Part shown: piece after piece, positions 56,002-64,000 of the stretch
Numbering within the stretch: position 1 is the stretch's first letter
Layout: every line of letters starts with the position of its first letter
From: the human T2T-CHM13v2.0 reference genome, Homo sapiens
Reading direction: 5' to 3' (one strand)
Assembly (NCBI RefSeq): GCF_009914755.1
Contig: NC_060928.1
DNA length: 64,000 nt
The notes under the pieces: model-generated
What the model was told of the DNA's origin: nothing
Database searches by the model: none
Seen by the model: only the letters and a program-made list of their open reading frames with translations
Program-made: the position numbers and the translations under genes

Positions 56002-56524
56002 AGTTCCCTCTTTTGGTCATTTTCTCAATTTTAAGAGATTGACCAAAATCTTAGTTATTGATGCTACTATCGCTATCATAAATGTACTTATATGGTTTTG
56101 AAACCCACTGGGAAACATTAGAACAGTGGGTTTTGCAAGGAAGGAATAAGGACTGAATAGAGGGTGCTTCCGTATGCTGGAACATCCTGTTTACAGGAGA
56201 AAAACAAAACCTGGTCTGTTCTAGGATCTATGTGCTTTCTCAAAGCCTTAATTTGATTATGTCACATTTAGCACAAGTGACTCCATTTTATCCTGGTTTG
56301 GTTTTTTGGAGCCTAGTGCATGAGCTCAAGTCCAAAATAACGGCTTCCCATAATTTTGTTTTTTAAAAATTCCCCCTTTTTGGCCAGGTTCTCACTAGGT
56401 GAGAGTGTGACCCAAACTTAGGGCTTTAGTGCCACTCTCATTTACCATATTTTGGGTTTCCGGTCTCAGTACATCATTTATAGGTTACAGTGTCCTCATG
56501 GTCACACATTTCTTTCAGCTTTTG

Positions 56525-57020
56525 TCATTCCAGTTGAAAAGAGACCATTTGACATTGTAGAGATGGTTGCATGTGAACAGTGAAAATCTTTGAAAGAATA
56601 CAGAGCACCAGAAAGACTATGATTATGACTATTGGGAGGATAATACCAACGGTTTGGAGTATGCTCCTTACCCAGGGTCCCCATAAACCAAACCACATCA
56701 AATAAAATAGATTAAAGAATGAGCTAGATGAAGAGTCTACTCGCTTGACCAAGTGGTCTTTTCATTAATCCCCTACAACTGAATTTTTGTAATCTACATT
56801 TGATGTATTTCTCCATAGGCCAGAAGTGTCAGTAGCTGCACAGGTACTTTTCTGCTTAGCCAATTCTATTATTTAGCATAACTTTCACAAGAGAATTTAA
56901 AGTCTGTTGTGTAAGGATAGCCTTTAAAGTAGAATTTGCTGTAGAGCCTATTGTGAGGGTGACATTTCTAATTATTGCCTATTTTATTCTAAACCATGGA
57001 AAAAGGACCTAACAAATGAT
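56525..57020 (-). pseudogene. env: ERV env TM-subunit remnant
   Basis: Heptad/ISD relic QQTLNSLVKVMLNNRIG*, degenerate CAATDTSGLWRNTS, and membrane anchor WFGLWGPWVRSILQTVGIILPIVIIIVFLVLCILS (ORF 56525..56752). Confidence 0.85.
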
Positions 57021-57369
57021 ATCCTTCTACAGGACTGAAGGCCTCCTGGCAATGTTCTCTTTAATTCATGAGGAGTTTTGACTGATTATGAGGCAATATA
57101 TGTACCATCAAAGTTTCTCACCTACACTGGGCCTTCATCTTTTACCTATTAAAGCATATGGTTATTCATGGCTGCAAAATCCTTCACAAATAAAGTATAC
57201 CCTATAAGTGCACATAATAGACCCCTTTTTCATTTCTATTGTTCATAGAGGCATAACAAGGAAAAATATTCAAAGATAAGAGTCTGTGATAGTAGAAGTC
57301 TTGATCAGTGATCTTGGAAAAAGCTGTTCACATAAAAGATGCCATCTTCTTCTGGGGAGAAACTTTCCT

Positions 57370-57790
57370 GGTTACTTTTACCTTAAGGGTTCCAATGGGT
57401 GTACAGTTCCAGGAGTGTGGAGGGGCCCTTGTCAGTTGTGCGATTACGAACCCAAGGTTCAAGGCTCCAAAGTTTTGCTGTAGTGTGGATGGCAAGGACA
57501 AACTTTTTCTCATGTTCTCAGAAGATCCAATCTTTGGGCTCCAGATTGTGAAGGGATTATCCTCAGTGAACCATAAAAACTCTCTTTACCTGGTGAAATA
57601 TACTGTAGCATAATAATTTACTGTTATAACATCAGCCCTCTTGCATGGGAAAGCTTTTATACCCCCAGAAAACATGCATTGAAAATGACAATTGAATGAA
57701 ATTCCTTTATAAATGTTTAAATGGACCATCAAGTAGCCAAACGTACCTGAACCTTTGATTGTCTTCCCAGGAATATGTAACCAAACATTG
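57370..57790 (-). pseudogene. pol: ERV pol integrase remnant
   Basis: CMFSGGIKAFPCKRADVITV at 57619-57678 (FSGWVEAFP motif) and TTAKLWSLEPWV / QLTRAPPHSWNCTPIG C-terminus; frameshifted and deleted. Confidence 0.78.
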
Positions 57791-59125
57791 GTTTTAAACT
57801 ATTACTGCAATTTATAAGTCACCACATCAATGTATTCAATTTGGATTATTTTATCTTTTTCATGACGAGTCATGGAATGCAGAACCTTTAATAACAAAAG
57901 CTTTAAGCACTCAGGAAGGACAAGGCGGCTGTCTTGGTTCTTCACGAGTCCATGCTTAACACTGGACTTATGTCCTCTTGAATACCAGTTGTTTCTCCAA
58001 TTTAGGTGCATAGCACTGATAACTAATAAGTTATCAGAGGTAATTTGACTTAGACCATGGAGTTCATTCAAATTGTATATTTAAACAATGTTAGTATTGG
58101 CTGATTTAGCATGATAATCTAAAGCTTGATTTTGAAAGGTCTGTTAAATAGCAAAGGTTTAAAACTTTGGATATTACAAAATAGAATTTTAGGTTACCAT
58201 AAGTCGTTCATTTAGCCAAAATGATAACTCAAAAAATTTTTAAAGGAAAAAATACTATTCTGATGGAGAGGAGACACAGCTTTCTAAATAAGACCCAGTG
58301 GAGATAGCATGAAGCCAACTGACTCTGTCTCCTTTCTTTCCCTTCCCCCCTTTTTCTCTTGTAGTTTACTTAAAAGGTAAACAAAAACCTTTCATTATCT
58401 TTTAATATTACATAAAAATTATTTTTAAAAGAGAAAACCAAATTTTATGTTTCCATTGGTGTATTTTTAATGATAAAGCTAGTTTTTTAATAACATTTTA
58501 TAAGTCTATTAAGTTTAATTAGTTTGACCATAAGGTAAGATTTTTATAAACATTTTATAACCCTTTACATTTTTTTTTTTCAGACCAGAACAATGTTCTA
58601 AGAAAACTCTGTTGTGCTTTTATTCCAATGTTCAATTTATGGAAAAAAACTGAAAAATGCCATTTTAACTTTAGCCAATATGTCCACACATAGAATTTTT
58701 TACAATTAATTTTTTATAAACCTTCCACAACTTGTTCAAACATTTAGCTTTATTTAATTTAAAACAATGCTTTAACCCTCTAACCTAGGCAAAAATTTAC
58801 ATTCCCTTACCTTCTTATAATCTCTTACAAAAATACTTTTTATTCTCCTTACACACCTTGTATGTAAACTCATTTTTTCAGTAGTCTCAATTGCATATTA
58901 CAATGTTAACTCTTAGAGACTTTTACTTTTGGTGAAAATCTTGGTAAGTAAGGGATTTTAATTATGTACTAGATGGGGAGCCTAGGACCCAGACAGAAAT
59001 GCACATAAGGTCTGACTCTTTCCATCATCTAACTCCACATGTCCCAGGCCTTACCTAGCCGTAAAATAGGCAAGCTGTACAGTCATAGTGGCATGTTATA
59101 AATCATTTAGGAGGCCTATTCACCT

Positions 59126-59454
<329 letters not shown>

Positions 59455-60357
59455 CTAATCACCTTTAAATTATACATTTCTGGCATAAATTTATTTTCAT
59501 AAATTCTTTCATGACTTACACAGACTATGTGAGACATGTTTAGACTTTCTGAGTGACTTGCCCTAAACGTCCTTCTTTTTAAACAACCAGTCATTTTACT
59601 TTAGGACAAGAATTTACCATACAACATCCTTTCTTATATAAAATCTATTTTCTTTATAGCCTTCTTTGCATAGCTAAGGGGCATGGCTAATTCCATATAT
59701 CCCCAGGCCTTATTTAGAATGTAATGTCTCCAGAATAAATTGAACAATTTTCAAAAGTCAAAGCAGTTTATGACCTTAAAGCATTTAGCAAATCTAATAT
59801 CTGACCTGCATAATTTAGACAAAAATGTCTTTATTTTATCAGTAATCTTTAAAGCTGTTTTTATTTTGCTTTCTAAATATTTAATTTGAGCTTATTTTTG
59901 TTTAAGCCAATTAATCAGAGCTCTTTTATATAAACATTACACACAACACATATATAATTATACAGACAGACAGAAGAAGATTACCACAGTAGTTGTAAGA
60001 TTTTTTATTTTGCCAGTTTTTATGTTTCTTAACTGGTTATTGGCTTTTGGGTGGAGCCCTTGGAAGAAGAGGGCCAGAAAGGGATTTCTGGTGCCTTCTG
60101 TTTTTCCCAAGAAGTCCAGGCAGTTAGAGCTTCAATATCCACTTTTAATTAAGCTGACTTTTAACCATAGCACTCTTTAATAAAGTCCTTTTAAAATTTT
60201 TTATTACCCAATTTTAGCCAGGCCAAACGGCTGGTATTTCTGGCTTTTGAACTCTACCAAAGGTAACCTCCCAGGTGCTCAGAGAAAGGAAAATTAGATA
60301 GTACATGGAGAAGAGACTAGACAAGGTCATACAAATATTAAACTAAACGCAACTTAC

Positions 60358-60432
60358 TTCATAGGCAGGGAATTGAACCCAGACCACCAGTATGAAAGAG
60401 CAAAGCCTTAGCTACTGAGCTCCAACATGGGG
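60358..60432 (-). other. Degenerate tRNA-Glu-like sequence within the ERV internal region
   Basis: Minus strand ...TGGAGCTCAGTAGCTAAGG (A-box-like), CTTTCAT (TTC anticodon loop), CTGGGTTCAATTCCCTG (B box/T arm); acceptor and anticodon stems pair poorly. Confidence 0.45.
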
Positions 60433-61928
60433 CAATCTTTTATGACCTCTCCCAGGAGGAATCTAGAGTAGTTAATTTTGAGCTTGCAAAGGCTTTTAGC
60501 TACTCGAGATAATTTTTAGAGCTAACTATGACATAAGCCCTAAAATTCCTGTTCCCTGGAAGGCGGAAACCAAGAGAAAGTACCGCCACATGGTTACAAG
60601 GTCAAGCTCCCAAGGACGTAAAACAAAATGGAGATAAACAGCAATTTTTACCGTTCATTCAACCATTTGCACAGAGAGAGAGAGAAGCCTGAAATCTAAC
60701 TGGTAAGAAATTCTTAACTTTTTGCCGGGATGCCAGGCTTCTGGGTACGCTTTCCATGAGCGCCCCTAGTGACTCAGCTTGCCACACCATCGCACTGGGG
60801 CAAAGCCACATCATAAAGGAAAATTATCTTTTTTTTGTCCTGGCCAGAGTAAAATATGTGTGACAAAAACATAGACATTAGCCACTGTGGTTGGCACCCA
60901 ATGTCAAACCAGCAAGGCTCAAATTTGCCCCTGGTTGGGCCCCATCATTGTTAATCCAACCTCCGACCAGGAGTTTCAACCTGTGGTCTCTGGGCAAGGT
61001 GGTCTCCCTGAGTAATAGAAAACATAAGAAAGGGAAAGGAGAGAGAGAAAAGCATTGCCTGTGGCAAGGTGGGGAAGGTGAAATGATCAGGGAGGCCACA
61101 GAAAGACCCACCTATTGCAGCGACACTGAAAAGTTCAGGCCGCTGCTTCTTGGTACCAAATGGATCTTTTCCAACGGTCCCATCATCTCTAAAGTTTCCC
61201 CTTTTAGGGAAGAAAAAGCTTCCCATGTCCCACGATCCTGTACATGCCTAATCCTGTCACCCACAGCCATCAGCAAAGAGTGCAAGGCAGATTATGCCAA
61301 AGAGAACAGCAATTGACATGCTGGAGTGCCAAACCCTTTCTCAGCTAAAAGGGACTTTACCAAGAGCCCTCATTTTTTAAATGTACTTCAATGCATTGTT
61401 GTTCTTTGGGAATGTTCCACTGTAAGGTATCTTTAGTAAGATTTTGCTGTTTCTGTAAGACTTCACTGCCTCCCAGGCCTAAAGTATAAGCCAGAAGGAA
61501 CTCGGTTTTCCAGAAATTAAGGATCCCATTTTTACCTCAAATATTGGCTTTATGCTCAGGTTCTCTTGATTAACTTAGCCAATGATTTTTTTCCCCTACC
61601 TAAGCGTGCAAGAAAAATGAAACAAAGGGATATAATGCAAAAATCCCTGTGAATGTTCAAAATCCACCTGTTCCTTTCTCACCCAGTCAGACGTAAGAGG
61701 CCTCTAACTTGATCCAAGCCAGTTAATTTCTGGATCAAATCCATTCCTGGACCCAGTCCAGTTTCTGTTGCGACTCCAAACCCAGTTTGGATCAGAAATT
61801 TGTTCAAAGAAACTCGGAGAGCTCAAAACACAAATCCACGGAGCTCCAAAATCTGAGACAAGTGGGTCCTGCAGGTAGCTTGCGTGTTCACTCAGCCCTC
61901 CTAGTGGTCGCTAGAAGCTCCACTTCGG

Positions 61929-61946
61929 ATACCGCTTCTGACACCA
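61929..61946 (-). promoter_or_regulatory. Primer-binding site, tRNA-Leu type
   Basis: TGGTGTCAGAAGCGGTAT, 2 nt after the 5' LTR; 16/18 match to TGGTGTCAGAAGTGGGAT. Confidence 0.88.
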
Positions 61947-61948
61947 TC

Positions 61949-62362
61949 TGATAAAAGAAAAACTTAAGCCGAATTAAATTTAAAAGAGTTTAATGGAGCA
62001 ATGAATGATTCGTGAATCGGGCAGCCCCCAGAATCACAGCAGATTTACAGAGACTCCAGGGGTGCCTTGTGGTCAGAACAAATTAATAGATAAAAAGGGG
62101 AAAGTGACGTACAGAAATCAGAAGTGAGGTATAGAAACAGTGAGATTGGTTAGAGCTGGGCATTTGCCTTATTTAAACGCAGTTTGAACATTCAGCAGTC
62201 TATGAGTGGTTGAAGTATGGCTACTGGGATTGGCCAACACTCAGCCATTGTTAGAGGTGCATACTATTAAGTAACATTTTCAATTTTGTCTGTAGTCATC
62301 CGCAAGGACTCAAATATAGAAGTATAGAGTACTTCTCAGGCCATATTTAGTTTGCTTTAACA
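61949..62362 (-). mobile_element. 5' LTR (MER57A-like)
   Basis: Direct repeat of 55577-56001 (roughly 10-13% diverged by eye, ~20-bp deletion), adjacent to the PBS. Confidence 0.93.
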
Positions 62363-62725
62363 AGGGTAATGAACTAAATGTACAAACATCAACATGTGTA
62401 GACCCTTCAAACAGGGTAAGAAACAGAAGATTTGTAGCACCATTCTATGTATGTAAATTGAAATCAAATATATACATAGCACTACAGAAAAGGTACATGC
62501 ATTTTAAGAACATATCATGAATACGTTAAATTGAGTCCTGTGGAGGTGGGGAATGGGAGTGGAGATTGGAGATGAAGGGGAAATATACAAAATAAAATCA
62601 AACATGACAGGGACCGTGTATGGGTCAATGATTATGGTGTTTTATGAAGTAAGAATGATTAATTCAATTCTCTAGATTGTGAGTAAAGTAAAACATATAT
62701 AATTTTCAAAAAAATTAATAGCAGG

Positions 62726-63051
<326 letters not shown>

Positions 63052-64000
63052 CTAATGCCTTTACAGGTTTTCTGCTTGCTGCTGAAGTTAGAGTTTAGTT
63101 TTAGTTTTAGTTGTGCTGCAGCTGGTTCACCCCAGCTGCTTTGTAACAGATTTGTCAATCCAACTCAACTGAATTTCAATTTTGTGAGTGATCACATTTC
63201 AGACACTAATCCCTTCTCAAGTGCTTGAAATACAGGCAAAATATTTATTTGAACTAGCTGATTAACAAATCTGTGAATTAAGTGATACACAAAAGGCAAT
63301 GAACTGGAATGAAAAGTATTGGAAGAGAGAAACCTGCTCTACCATTTCTAAATCTTTGTCTTCCAAAATGCATGCATTTGAAATAACAATGAAACTTTCA
63401 CTCCCCAAAGTCATTGACCCAAAATATAGAAAAATCTGGAATATATTGAAATTTGGTCGCAGAAAAACAGCTAGAATAAACTAGAACTAAGTTCAAATGA
63501 AAACTAAACCAAAGTAAATCTTCAAATTTATCAATTAATATTGCATGAAAATCTTTAATATCTGCTAAAAATAATTCCATCCGAAACAAATTAATATAAA
63601 CATTATGAACAGTTAAAAAGAAATAGGTAAATTGACAAACAAGGAGAACTTACTTGAAAATCCGGCTGATCATTTGGAGAATTCATCCTTAGTAAATTGA
63701 CCTGGAGTGTAAAGGACTAATCATTTCCTCTTCCCTCCTCAAGCTTGCCTTTGACATTCATCAGAACTGTGGGCACTTGGATCAAAACGCTGGAGGGTGA
63801 GATTGGAGGAGGGGCAGTGAGATTGACCTCAAATATGTTCATCTTCAAAGACAGCCCCATCTACCATGTGGCAGAATTTCAATACATGCATCCCCATCTC
63901 CCTGAACCTGATTACAGGAAACCAAGCAGAAAAAATTAACCTTGGGCTGAATCCAGTCCACTTGCAGCTGCAGCCCAAGTGGCCTTTTTAAAGCACACAT

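Noticed and set aside
60891-61316. 141-aa ORF inside the provirus
   Set aside because: Antisense to the provirus and has no gag/pol motifs; chance ORF.
61929-61946. tRNA-Leu 3'-end match as a tRNA gene
   Set aside because: Only 18 nt and adjacent to the LTR; it is the primer-binding site.

Overview
Primate (human-like) nuclear DNA: intergenic or intronic, repeat-dense, no CpG island and no credible intact protein-coding gene. The ORF track is essentially Alu/L1/ERV read-through noise. Content: about 18 Alu/FLAM copies, many MIR/L2/CR1 relics, L1 3' fragments (one 5'-inverted), DNA transposons (Tigger4-, Charlie1b-, MER33-, MER5-, MER58-, MADE1-like), solo LTRs (MLT1, MST, LTR33, LTR16, MER50-like), and one complete two-LTR ERV1 provirus (MER57-like, 55577-62362, minus strand) with AGGG target-site duplication, tRNA-Leu PBS, PPT and decayed integrase/env remnants. 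The most unusual structures are: (1) a 196-bp inverted copy of the provirus 3' internal region pasted into the middle of a neighbouring Alu; (2) a ~540-bp foreign insert with an internal 40-bp direct repeat replacing part of a MER50 LTR; (3) a run of strong splice signals plus AATAAA at 6.3-7.7 kb, with a donor site doubled by a 100-bp tandem duplication; (4) a minus-strand 3'-end-like segment fused to a half Alu at 41 kb; (5) a tRNA-Glu-like relic inside the provirus. I cannot support a new biological system from sequence alone. Repeat family names are recalled from consensus sequences and need RepeatMasker/Dfam confirmation; boundaries of old repeats are approximate.
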